In this document: positions 1 through 8,410 of the stretch, piece after piece
How the letters are laid out: each line of letters opens with the position of its first letter
Numbering within the stretch: position 1 is the stretch's first letter
Virus record (IMG/VR): IMGVR_UViG_3300026097_000010
Coordinates: 1-64,000 of that record
Direction: 5' to 3' (one strand)
Source: a virus
Length of the DNA: 64,000 nucleotides
Notes under the pieces: generated by a model
What the model saw: the letters and a program-made list of their open reading frames with translations, nothing else
Databases searched by the model: none
What the model was told of the DNA's origin: nothing
Position numbers and translations under genes: made by a program

Positions 1-1106
1 AGATCTTTAACGTCACTACCACGAGGATCAGCAAGCAAGCTTCTATTACCCAACGCTCGGGGTCCGTATTCTGCGGCTCCATTCGCAACTCCCACAATCT
101 TATTGTATTTAAGCTCATCTATCACAGGTTTAATAGGGTAAGGTCGTTGTATGTTATAACCTAGATACGGGCCTGTCCACTCTATGTGTTTATTCCAATT
201 ACTTAGAACAGCACCCACTGCGCTTCCTGCGTCTCCTGGGTTAGGCATGATCCAAACATTATCAAAATACTTATAAGCAATTCTATTAGCAGAACAGTTG
301 AGAGCACACCCTCCCATAAGTGTCAAATTTTTGTTGGGTAAATATTCAGCTGTATATTCTAACAGGTCTTCTAATATAAATTCATATATTGCTTGAGTAG
401 CTGCCGCTATGTCGTAACGGTCTTGTTCTGTGGTTAGGTCTGGTCTCCACCACTTGCATCCGCGATGAAGATTGTGTTTGAACTCTACATAAGGTGCTTT
501 AACGAATTTGATAAAGTCTTCTAGTATATCGTTGTACAATCTTTTTGCATCACCATAAGCGGCCATGCCCATTAGAATGTATTCGTCTTCGTTGGGCTTA
601 AGACCAATACGTTGTGTCATTGCTGAGTACCACAGGCCTATGCTGTGAGGATAGCCTTGACTAAAGTGTCGGTCTAGTCTATTAGCGGATCCCTGCCATA
701 TGGATAGCGTCTCGAACTCCCCAATTGAATCAATGCACAAAACACTGGAGTCCATAAAAGGGCTAGTATAATAGCCAGCGGCAGCATGGCTACGATGATG
801 ATCGCTAAAATTAACTGGACAAGTAATACCATAGGAACTAAGATAAGAGTGTATATTGTTTTCGCTCCAGTTCCATCCTTGTCCAGCCACGAGTTGTCTA
901 ACAGTCTTTTTAAAAGGTCTTTCATACCAAACTACCTTGTCTGGCTCGCCCCATTGACGAGCATAATCGATCAGTTTAGTATTTAAGTCAGGATCGTTCT
1001 TTATGCCGCTGAAACGTTCTGCATGACTAGCAAAGACCAGCTTTTGCTCTACAAACACAGCTAGTGCGGCATCGTGGCTGTTAGCCGATATCCCCCAAGT
1101 AATCAT
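1..1106 (-). CDS. NodU/CmcH-family carbamoyltransferase (3' end runs off window start; absent from ORF track)
   Basis: Manual translation from ATG at 1106: MITWGISANSHDAALAVF..HAERFSGIKND..DHHRSHAAAGYYTSPF..IDSIGE..EYILMGMAAYG; the C-terminal-domain motif AEYGPRALGNRSLLADPR is near position 30-80. Confidence 0.92.
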   Translation of the reverse strand, partial: MITWGISANSHDAALAVFVEQKLVFASHAERFSGIKNDPDLNTKLIDYARQWGEPDKVVWYERPFKKTVRQLVAGQGWNWSENNIHSYLSSYGITCPVNFSDHHRSHAAAGYYTSPFMDSSVLCIDSIGEFETLSIWQGSANRLDRHFSQGYPHSIGLWYSAMTQRIGLKPNEDEYILMGMAAYGDAKRLYNDILEDFIKFVKAPYVEFKHNLHRGCKWWRPDLTTEQDRYDIAAATQAIYEFILEDLLEYTAEYLPNKNLTLMGGCALNCSANRIAYKYFDNVWIMPNPGDAGSAVGAVLSNWNKHIEWTGPYLGYNIQRPYPIKPVIDELKYNKIVGVANGAAEYGPRALGNRSLLADPRGSDVKD

Positions 1107-1219
1107 TTGTAGATGAACGGATCTCTTTTCTTAAGTTCTTCCATTCTTTTTTTAAACTTGCGGTGCTCTTGCCATTTACGGTATGGCCAGGTTATAAAAT
1201 TAATTATTTTCTTTTTCAT
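1103..1219 (-). CDS. 38-aa basic peptide MKKKIINFITWPYRKWQEHRKFKKRMEELKKRDPFIYK
   Basis: Manual translation. Overlaps the primase 3' end, and its TGA overlaps the carbamoyltransferase ATG (ATGA). Confidence 0.65.
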   Translation of the reverse strand: MKKKIINFITWPYRKWQEHRKFKKRMEELKKRDPFIYK

Positions 1220-2228
1220 TTTCTATCCTATCTAGTTTGTGTTCCATTGCTTTTTTTGCAACTTCAATTTTAATAGCTCCGTGTTGTGCTGTCTTAATTG
1301 CATCGACTACTACAAACAGTTTGCCATATTTCTGTACAGCATCTGCAACATCTTTTACGTCATCTTCCCAATTAGGAAACGCAACACTCCAGTTGTATTC
1401 GACAGCCTTGTTTACTAAGTTTAGTCCTGCTCGATCTTGATCAGGAATCACAATTACTTCAGCTCCTAAACTGTTAATTATCCTATGTTGTTGTTCGGCA
1501 ATGTCATTGGTGAGCAAAGCTACACCACCTATGCTCATAGCATCGAAAGGACCTTCGGTAACGAATATATATTTTTGTTCTTCTTTTTGTTTATCGGTAT
1601 TGAAAACAAATCTAGGATGTTGGTCGCTTAGATATTTAGGTTTGCCGGGCGTTACTTTTCTTGCTGTAAATCCTACAATTTTTCCTTTATATCTGAAGGG
1701 AATAATTACACGATTTTCAAAACCCCCCACCGGACTCCAGAAGAAGTCTTCGCTGGTAGGATTAAATCCTCGATTTACTACATACTCTACAACGTAAGCT
1801 AAATTTGTTTCTAGATTAATATCTAATTCTACATCGAGCCATTCTGCAATCGAAAGTGCTCCTTCCGGTAACTCTTTTTTATCGAACTCAACTTTAAAAT
1901 CTGATTCTTTAGCAACGTATTCGGGCGCCTCTGTTTTTAGTGCTTCAAATACTAGTTGTCGAATGTCAGTGTCATTGCCGCCCATCCAGACAACAAGACT
2001 TTTTAATTTATCAGAAATGGGCCTACCGGGTTGCCAACTAGCTGTAAATTTACAGTTAAAACAGTTATAAACAAAACCTGTGTCGAATCTAACACCTGCT
2101 CTCTTTCTTTTGTCACGACTGTGACCTCTATGATGACAGCAGGGAGCATTAAAACTGGTCCACCCACTAGGACTTGATTTAGCTCGAGGAGGGAGTAAAC
2201 TTTTAAATTTATCTAATACTAGAGTCAT
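1200..2228 (-). CDS. DNA primase (gp61/DnaG-like)
   Basis: N-terminal Zn-binding region (APCCHH..CFNC), RVIIPF..GFTAR, KY, TOPRIM motifs VTEGPFDA and PDQD, KDVAD. Confidence 0.88.
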   Translation of the reverse strand: MTLVLDKFKSLLPPRAKSSPSGWTSFNAPCCHHRGHSRDKRKRAGVRFDTGFVYNCFNCKFTASWQPGRPISDKLKSLVVWMGGNDTDIRQLVFEALKTEAPEYVAKESDFKVEFDKKELPEGALSIAEWLDVELDINLETNLAYVVEYVVNRGFNPTSEDFFWSPVGGFENRVIIPFRYKGKIVGFTARKVTPGKPKYLSDQHPRFVFNTDKQKEEQKYIFVTEGPFDAMSIGGVALLTNDIAEQQHRIINSLGAEVIVIPDQDRAGLNLVNKAVEYNWSVAFPNWEDDVKDVADAVQKYGKLFVVVDAIKTAQHGAIKIEVAKKAMEHKLDRIENEKENN

Positions 2229-2234
2229 ACATAG

Positions 2235-2263
2235 ATTATACTATCTATATAAGATCTTGTCAA
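2235..2263 (-). promoter_or_regulatory. Consensus sigma70 promoter TTGACA-17-TATAAT, 6 nt from the primase ATG
   Basis: tgtcaa at 2258-2263 and attata at 2235-2240 on +; 17-nt spacer. Confidence 0.85.
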
Positions 2264-3317
2264 ATGTTCCTGCATTAGGTAGTTCGCCAGATTTCACAAA
2301 AGATCGTACACCGGCATACGACACGCCGGACCAGTCTATGCTGGCTATCCTGCCTACACTATCCACTTCAAGAACTGTTATTGTTAAATCGTTTGCGGGC
2401 GTTTCGCCACCTAAAACATCTCCGGATATTGTGATTATATCTCCTACATTATAGTTGGTTCCTGCCGCATCAATACCTACTTCATAAGAACCTAAAACTG
2501 TTTGACGAATTACAAATTCAGCAATTGCGGTTGCTATATTAGGAACGTGCTTGATTCTAAACCAGTTATACTTTCCTTCGATGTTTTTGTATTCTAGATC
2601 GTCCTCTGGAACAAAACTTAACAGATCATTCCAACTGTTAGGACTGGCACCTTGATCTTCTATGCTACCTTGTATAGTAACCGTGCCACTGTAGTTCGTT
2701 GAATACAGTTGAAATGTGTGTAGGGAACTTGCGGTAGTTACATTGGGTCTAGCATCTATTATGCTCGATACATAAAATGCAGGATCTTCATCACCTGTAG
2801 CGGCTGGGTTTGTATAATCAAATTTATTTACAACTAAAGACTGATTGACATCGCCATTCGTGCCTCCTAGTAGTTCTATAATTGCCTTTGTGCCGTATTG
2901 GCTATCAATGTACATTGGAGTTCTACGTGTAACACGATACTCGTCTGAGTCAATTGTTTCTCTTAGTTCTTGCACTATGCTGTATTCGTAGAAGCCCGAT
3001 TCAATACTAAACAGCTCTGTTTCTGTTATTTCTACAAAAAATCTTCCGATCGATGCATCGACTATCACGCAATCTTTTTGTAACACTAATTTTTCAGTGT
3101 CTCTGCTAATAAGGTTAAATACCATTGATGAATTGGAAACATCGATTGCTTTTTCATCACCGTTGCGAACTTGGATATCGATGCGATTATTGACATCTTG
3201 ATAAAATTTTAGATTGCGATTATACACTTCTCTGTACCTCTCTGCGGTCCAGGGAGTTGATGCACTTGTATAGGCATCGATGCGATTTGAATATAAATAA
3301 AGATAATTAATTTGCAT
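2241..3317 (-). CDS. Hypothetical, probably virion structural (beta-rich) protein
   Basis: 358-aa ORF; GTNYNVGDIITISG..LGG..PANDLTITV resembles an element in the giant fibre protein; TAAATA upstream at about 3342-3347. Confidence 0.5.
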   Translation of the reverse strand: MQINYLYLYSNRIDAYTSASTPWTAERYREVYNRNLKFYQDVNNRIDIQVRNGDEKAIDVSNSSMVFNLISRDTEKLVLQKDCVIVDASIGRFFVEITETELFSIESGFYEYSIVQELRETIDSDEYRVTRRTPMYIDSQYGTKAIIELLGGTNGDVNQSLVVNKFDYTNPAATGDEDPAFYVSSIIDARPNVTTASSLHTFQLYSTNYSGTVTIQGSIEDQGASPNSWNDLLSFVPEDDLEYKNIEGKYNWFRIKHVPNIATAIAEFVIRQTVLGSYEVGIDAAGTNYNVGDIITISGDVLGGETPANDLTITVLEVDSVGRIASIDWSGVSYAGVRSFVKSGELPNAGTFDKILYR

Positions 3318-3350
3318 AAAACTATTGGACCTTAATATACATATTTATCT

Positions 3351-3722
3351 ATGAGAATAACAGAAAATCTACAACAAAATTTTCCATTTATCAGCGTTCT
3401 TAATCATGTCGACAAAGAATATGTCGGAATAATTATTAACCAAGATTCTATCGTAACCAGCATGTATGATTACGAAGCAATTAAAGAAGATGAAGCCAAA
3501 AAAAGATTCTTAGATTTAGGAGAAGCTTGGTGGTGGGAATCTAATAGACAAATACCTATTAATATTTTTTTAGCAAGCGAAATTCAAGAATTTAGATATG
3601 TAATTAAAAACTTTACTACTAAAGATGTTAAAATTACATTAGGACCAACCACAAGTTTAAATGATATTATAGTTAAAAGAGTAAAAAGAAAATCAATAAC
3701 TCTGGTTAGAAAAATTAACTAA
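3351..3722 (+). CDS. Hypothetical protein (WWWESNR motif)
   Basis: 123-aa ORF filling the gap between two - strand genes. Confidence 0.75.
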   Translation: MRITENLQQNFPFISVLNHVDKEYVGIIINQDSIVTSMYDYEAIKEDEAKKRFLDLGEAWWWESNRQIPINIFLASEIQEFRYVIKNFTTKDVKITLGPTTSLNDIIVKRVKRKSITLVRKIN

Positions 3723-4278
3723 TCTGTTCACAAATCAAATTCATTTGTACTATAATTGCCATCGCATATGCTAGAGAATGCGACTTCTTAAAATAATATC
3801 CACTTTCGGGCTTAATCCAAACTTCCTTTAGTATAGTCGTCCACATTTCGTCTGCTAGGTATCTTTTTGCTGGACGAATTACTGCCAGTGTGGCTGCTAG
3901 TTGTTCTACGGTGGTTGGTTTCAGTTTCTTCAATAGATCTGAGTGCCCTGAGAGGTGAAATAGTTGATCTACAAAATCTCGATGTTCTAGAAGTTCCCAT
4001 AACGGCTCCGCGTTCATTAGTTCTACAAGGTGAGTTTCGTTTCGAACACCTTTATAAATACCTACATTTAAAAAATCCAGTTTAAAATATTTATAGTCGT
4101 CTGCTTCATCATAAGGTATTGCACATAGATTAGATACAGCATCAACAGGAACTTCATGTAGATAAACGCCTGTGTTATGTTTTACAAGTTTATTTTCTTC
4201 GCGCCGACTAGCTCTAGTATGTTTAAATAACTCTAATGCTTTTTCTCTATCGACAAAATCTATATCTATGTCAGGCAT
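3715..4278 (-). CDS. Minimal DNA polymerase III alpha (family C) catalytic-core protein
   Basis: MPDIDIDF, KHNTGVY, KLDFL, IRPA and YFKKSHSLAYA correspond in order to DnaE motifs PDxDxDF, HxGG, KxDxL, RPG and FNKSHSAAY. Confidence 0.85.
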   Translation of the reverse strand: MPDIDIDFVDREKALELFKHTRASRREENKLVKHNTGVYLHEVPVDAVSNLCAIPYDEADDYKYFKLDFLNVGIYKGVRNETHLVELMNAEPLWELLEHRDFVDQLFHLSGHSDLLKKLKPTTVEQLAATLAVIRPAKRYLADEMWTTILKEVWIKPESGYYFKKSHSLAYAMAIIVQMNLICEQIS

Positions 4279-4811
4279 TTATTATATCCTAAATATTCAA
4301 AATCTTTTCTAAGTTTATTGTATACTATTTCTTGAAGCTCGTCATTATAATATTTTCTATAATTGTCAGGCGTACTACGATTTAGATGAGGAAATTTAGA
4401 TGCAATTTTAAAATATTCAGGAACATCGGTAGATAATGATTCAAACCGAAATGTCTTATCTATTAAGTTTTTATCTTCAAGATCTAGCATATAATCTGTT
4501 TGTAGTTCCCAAAGATGTTGGCCACGACCGGCTAAGTTTTCTGATTTTATAAAACACTCAAACGATAAATTGCCGTACCTTCTTTTATCGCGTTTCGTCC
4601 AATTATAAAAACTAACAGTCCTGCTATACGGATTTCTAATTATACAAAACTTCCAACTAGGCTCATTCGAATATCTAACAGCAGGGATATGTTGATTATA
4701 AACATTAAATATGTCTGTTGAATTGCCACATGCGAAATCTAAACCATTATTTCTTAAAAATTTATAAGTGCTGGTCCCTCCATTTTTTCGTATGTGAATA
4801 AATCGAATCAC
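4266..4811 (-). CDS. Sulfotransferase (Sulfotransfer_2-like)
   Basis: FIHIRKNGGTS (5'-PSB loop) and RNPYSRTVSFY (3'-PB). Confidence 0.85.
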   Translation of the reverse strand: MIRFIHIRKNGGTSTYKFLRNNGLDFACGNSTDIFNVYNQHIPAVRYSNEPSWKFCIIRNPYSRTVSFYNWTKRDKRRYGNLSFECFIKSENLAGRGQHLWELQTDYMLDLEDKNLIDKTFRFESLSTDVPEYFKIASKFPHLNRSTPDNYRKYYNDELQEIVYNKLRKDFEYLGYNKCLT

Positions 4812-5227
4812 AGTTTGCCTTCAGACCTTAACTGTGCTCTAATTTTTGTAGCACTTATTTGATGCATATCCTCACCCAAGTCATGTTGCGTAAATGTATA
4901 ACCAACACCTCTACCATAACTGATATCCACAATGTTAGGCACTTCTATAATTACATATTCTTCACCATATGTAAATCCTTCTTTTAATAGTCCCACACGA
5001 ATATTTTCTTTCACAGTGTGTACATCAAACGGATTATCGTCCTGTGATGCTGTGCGTCCACCGCTGGCATCTTCACCTACGATACCACCAACGTCGCGTA
5101 TCATTATGCATACCTGTCCTGTTTCCATCAATGCTTTTTTAAACAGTGCAGTGTGTCCGTCGTGCCACGGTTGCCATCTGCCTAACATCTGTGTGGTAGG
5201 CTTTTTCCAATCAAACTTCTTTTTCAT
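4808..5227 (-). CDS. HIGH-type nucleotidyltransferase (cytidylyltransferase-like; candidate minimal ATP sulfurylase)
   Basis: GRWQPWHDGH and ISATKIR. Start moved to MKKKFDW (5227), which has GGAG upstream. Confidence 0.75.
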   Translation of the reverse strand: MKKKFDWKKPTTQMLGRWQPWHDGHTALFKKALMETGQVCIMIRDVGGIVGEDASGGRTASQDDNPFDVHTVKENIRVGLLKEGFTYGEEYVIIEVPNIVDISYGRGVGYTFTQHDLGEDMHQISATKIRAQLRSEGKL

Positions 5228-5438
5228 TTTTAACTCCATACTTGATATGTTTATACCATAGACGCTCGTGTCCATAGTACAGTACAAATTTGATTATCAA
5301 ATCTGCGACGAATACTCCTCCTACAGCTTTCGGTGGTAACCCAAAAGCAAATGCAATTAGTGCTGTAGTAATACTTGCTATCACCCGCCATGTAATAGCT
5401 TTTGCAACATGTCGTTTCCTTTCTACTGTTTCTGTCAT
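5211..5438 (-). CDS. DUF2061-like small membrane protein
   Basis: RHVAKAITWR..T..hydrophobic..KFVLYYGHERLW pattern. Confidence 0.8.
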   Translation of the reverse strand: MTETVERKRHVAKAITWRVIASITTALIAFAFGLPPKAVGGVFVADLIIKFVLYYGHERLWYKHIKYGVKNEKEV

Positions 5439-5851
5439 ACAATAGCTTCTTGTATTTGATTTCCTAAACTTGTTATTTCATTATCGCTTAGATGCTTGAT
5501 TACACGAAAATCAACATTTTTTGGTTGCTCAAACATTTTGTTTGTGTCTTCAAATCTGCCTTCTGTGATAGTATCAACCCAGATTTTAATATCCGCGTCA
5601 AACATCTCTCTGGCTTGTTCGGTTGGACATACAAAATCGCACATTACGATCCTTCCTTCACTCTTTTCAAAGTCTGCAATATGTCGCATACGTTTAGCTT
5701 GTCGAAGTCGACCTTCCGAAGTAAAATCCCAATCGTTTGCCATTTCTCTTACAGCATCTGCATTATACCAAGCATAGCCTAGTTGTTTTTGTAAACGTTC
5801 TGCTAAGTGTGTTTTTCCGGATCCTGGTAATCCCATTATTAATATTTTCAA
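5435..5851 (-). CDS. cysC: Adenylylsulfate (APS) kinase-like P-loop kinase
   Basis: GLPGSGKT, NADAVR, DFTSEGRLRQ, DFVCP, FEQP. Confidence 0.78.
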   Translation of the reverse strand: MKILIMGLPGSGKTHLAERLQKQLGYAWYNADAVREMANDWDFTSEGRLRQAKRMRHIADFEKSEGRIVMCDFVCPTEQAREMFDADIKIWVDTITEGRFEDTNKMFEQPKNVDFRVIKHLSDNEITSLGNQIQEAIV

Positions 5852-6531
5852 AGTATTTTAGCCTCTTCAATAACTTCTTTTACTAGAACATGATCAGCTG
5901 GATGATCTTTAAAACGTTTTATCCAATATTTTGGATCGATAACAAGACCGATAATTTCAAGTTGTTCGTCGTTCATATTCTGAAGTAGTTCCTTTCCAGC
6001 TCGTGTATTTAAAAGAAGCCACGGAGATATGTGTCCTTCTTTGATATGATGTGTTGCTCGATTTAGATTAACATACTTGAAGTAGTGTTCCCAGGCAGAA
6101 TTGTTTTCGTCAGCCCAATCCATCATAGTTTGAATAGTTCGTTGTATAGCACCGTCGGCAGGTTCGATCTTAATTAGTTCTTGAACATATTGATCATACA
6201 ATGCATCACGACACCAGTGATCTAACTTTACTCCGCTTTTAATAACCCATTCTATAAATCTTTCTGGATATATAGGAGAAGTATTTACCAGGAAGCTACC
6301 GAATTTAATAAATGCATTGTAGTACGGACTGCTCACGAAATCGTTAAATGTTTTAGGTTTTGTGCTAGGTTGTGCTACCTGATAAAATTTTTGATATGCT
6401 TGCAACGCCATTTGTGTATGTTTTTCATTTCTAGCAAGGTGTCTGCGTTTCTTTTCACACACATGTACTATAAGAGTTTTTTCACGGGCAAATTTTTTAC
6501 CGCAATATTCACATTTAAAGTTTAATTCCAT
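5848..6531 (-). CDS. Phage protein with N-terminal C2HC zinc finger
   Basis: FKCEYCGKKF..LIVHVC; probable start at MELNFK (6531). Confidence 0.7.
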   Translation of the reverse strand: MELNFKCEYCGKKFAREKTLIVHVCEKKRRHLARNEKHTQMALQAYQKFYQVAQPSTKPKTFNDFVSSPYYNAFIKFGSFLVNTSPIYPERFIEWVIKSGVKLDHWCRDALYDQYVQELIKIEPADGAIQRTIQTMMDWADENNSAWEHYFKYVNLNRATHHIKEGHISPWLLLNTRAGKELLQNMNDEQLEIIGLVIDPKYWIKRFKDHPADHVLVKEVIEEAKIL

Positions 6532-6979
6532 CGATTGCTTTTTTGTCCCATCCAAGGCTTTTACAGTATTCTTTAATTTCTTTGTCTGAAGTAATGGCGG
6601 CGATTGTTTCAATGTCTGCTCTTTTCTTTTCTGGAAATAGTTCTGCTAAAAATTCGATCTTTTTATTTTTTTCTTTCTTTACTTTAAGCCAAGGATGAAA
6701 ACGAATCTGCTTGCTTTCGTGAGCACAACTACATGCTAACTGCCAGCATAGCTTAGGATGCTTACTTAAAAATAAAAATAAATTTTTGTTAAATCGTTCA
6801 TTGGCTAGTAGTGTAAAGTGTTCTTGCATTTCTCTACTTCCTTCAACATTGCTAATGTATCGATTAAGAGTAAAGAAAACAATGCTCTTGCGTTGATCGT
6901 CTGTAAGTTCATCCCATAGATATTTTGCATCCATATCTACAGCCGCTAGTATTTCTTTAAGTGTGAGTTTATCTGCCAT
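6515..6979 (-). CDS. Clamp-loader small subunit (gp62-like)
   Basis: Size, FFTLNRYIS..LANE..HP..W..FHPWLK pattern, replication context. Confidence 0.6.
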   Translation of the reverse strand: MADKLTLKEILAAVDMDAKYLWDELTDDQRKSIVFFTLNRYISNVEGSREMQEHFTLLANERFNKNLFLFLSKHPKLCWQLACSCAHESKQIRFHPWLKVKKEKNKKIEFLAELFPEKKRADIETIAAITSDKEIKEYCKSLGWDKKAIDGIKL

Positions 6980-7226
6980 CTTTAATAATATAATACAAAG
7001 CTATAGTTTTGTCAAGTTGTTTTTTTAGAGTAGGATTATTGTTAGCTAATCTTTGTAGATTCTCCCACTCTCCCCAATTCAATAGTTCGCCTTTTGCTTT
7101 TGCAACTGCATCTGGGTCGCCTCCTATTATCCAGCGTTCTATATCCGGACGGTCTCGGTACCTAGCATAAACAACCCCGCTAGCTCTTTCGTATATTAAT
7201 GGCTCACCTGGACTAAGTTTAGACAT
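6969..7226 (-). CDS. Hypothetical protein
   Basis: 85-aa ORF overlapping both neighbours. Confidence 0.7.
   Translation of the reverse strand: MSKLSPGEPLIYERASGVVYARYRDRPDIERWIIGGDPDAVAKAKGELLNWGEWENLQRLANNNPTLKKQLDKTIALYYIIKDGR
6987..7015 (-). promoter_or_regulatory. sigma70-type promoter TTGACA-17-TATATT, 7 nt from the ATG at 6979
   Basis: tgtcaa at 7010-7015 and aatata at 6987-6992 on +. Confidence 0.65.
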
Positions 7227-7779
7227 TCGATTCGCCCATCACAAAGTATTTTTTTATCAACATTTTTTTATTTGTACCTTTGGGAGTTTTTTCAAATTCT
7301 TGCCAATCGTCTTTTAAAACTTTATATCCTAATTTATTAAATTTTGAGTTCCACCAGTTGCGACTTTCTATAATCAAATGTGCATTTCTTCCATCAGGCA
7401 GTATTAATTTTGCAGGGCTACAAGCTATAAGATGATAAAAATGTTTACTTCTTTTTCTTAAATACTCTAATGTTTCTTCTATATATTCAGGTTCTACGTG
7501 TTCTAATACATCCGAAGAAATTATCATATCGAAATATTTTTTATCTATAGATTTAGAAAATTCTGGATTGGCCGGGTCATATCCATCTACAATGATGTCA
7601 GGAAATGTTTCTTTAATCTTCTCGATAAGTTTGCCTTTGCCGCAACCAAAGTCTAATATAGTCTTTGGCTGTTTTTCTAAAATATATTTTTCTAAATGCC
7701 TTGGAAACTTTCCTCGCTTACCGAACGGTGTGTTACGGTGGATATCCTGATACATTTTTTTAAGATTATCTGATATCAT
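7219..7779 (-). CDS. Class I SAM-dependent methyltransferase
   Basis: ILDFGCGKG, GYDP, SSDVLEHV. Confidence 0.88.
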   Translation of the reverse strand: MISDNLKKMYQDIHRNTPFGKRGKFPRHLEKYILEKQPKTILDFGCGKGKLIEKIKETFPDIIVDGYDPANPEFSKSIDKKYFDMIISSDVLEHVEPEYIEETLEYLRKRSKHFYHLIACSPAKLILPDGRNAHLIIESRNWWNSKFNKLGYKVLKDDWQEFEKTPKGTNKKMLIKKYFVMGESNV

Positions 7780-8410
7780 AAGTTTCTCCGTCTAGAGGAT
7801 ACAAATATCTTAATTTTGATTTATAATGAAGAATTTTTGCATGAGGTGATTTTTTCTTTGCGAAATAAAAATTATTATAAATTGCACAAGGATAGACTTT
7901 AATTAATACATCATTTCGTACTACTGTGTCCCCGATGTTTGTAGAATTCACAGCTGATAATTTATTTAACGGTGGTTGATCGCTTATCCCTTGATCGGAC
8001 AAGGTTTTCCATTCTTTGATAAATCTTAGAGCATTTTCAGTTTTCTTTGCAAACACAATACCAGCATTTATAGGTAAGGGATGTTCTTTTTGTTTAGGCT
8101 GTCTTACAGTTACTCCAATATCGAATATATCAGCTTCTATTTCGTTAATTGGTTGAACTATCAAGGCATCAGCATCAAGCCAAATTACGGTTTCGTTATC
8201 TTCAGCTGAAAGCAATGCATCTTCAATAATATGTGGTTTACAAGGTATTTTTGCATTGTTTTCGGTGCCTACTCTTCCTATAAATGATTTACCATATCCT
8301 AGCTCTCCAAGATCGTAAACCAAGGTTTCGTATCCTAATCTATTATTATATTCAACAGCTTTATCAACATATGGTTTAAAGTTTTTATCACCGGCAACAA
8401 CTATTTTCAT
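7766..8410 (-). CDS. GT-A glycosyltransferase (nucleotide-diphospho-sugar transferase-like)
   Basis: KP..I, WLDADA, INAGIVF, SDQ..LN, ILHYK. Confidence 0.8.
   Translation of the reverse strand: MKIVVAGDKNFKPYVDKAVEYNNRLGYETLVYDLGELGYGKSFIGRVGTENNAKIPCKPHIIEDALLSAEDNETVIWLDADALIVQPINEIEADIFDIGVTVRQPKQKEHPLPINAGIVFAKKTENALRFIKEWKTLSDQGISDQPPLNKLSAVNSTNIGDTVVRNDVLIKVYPCAIYNNFYFAKKKSPHAKILHYKSKLRYLYPLDGETYDIR

Noticed and set aside
674-925. 83-aa hydrophobic, holin-looking ORF
   Set aside because: It lies in an alternative frame inside the carbamoyltransferase gene (1-1106) and has no independent initiation signal.
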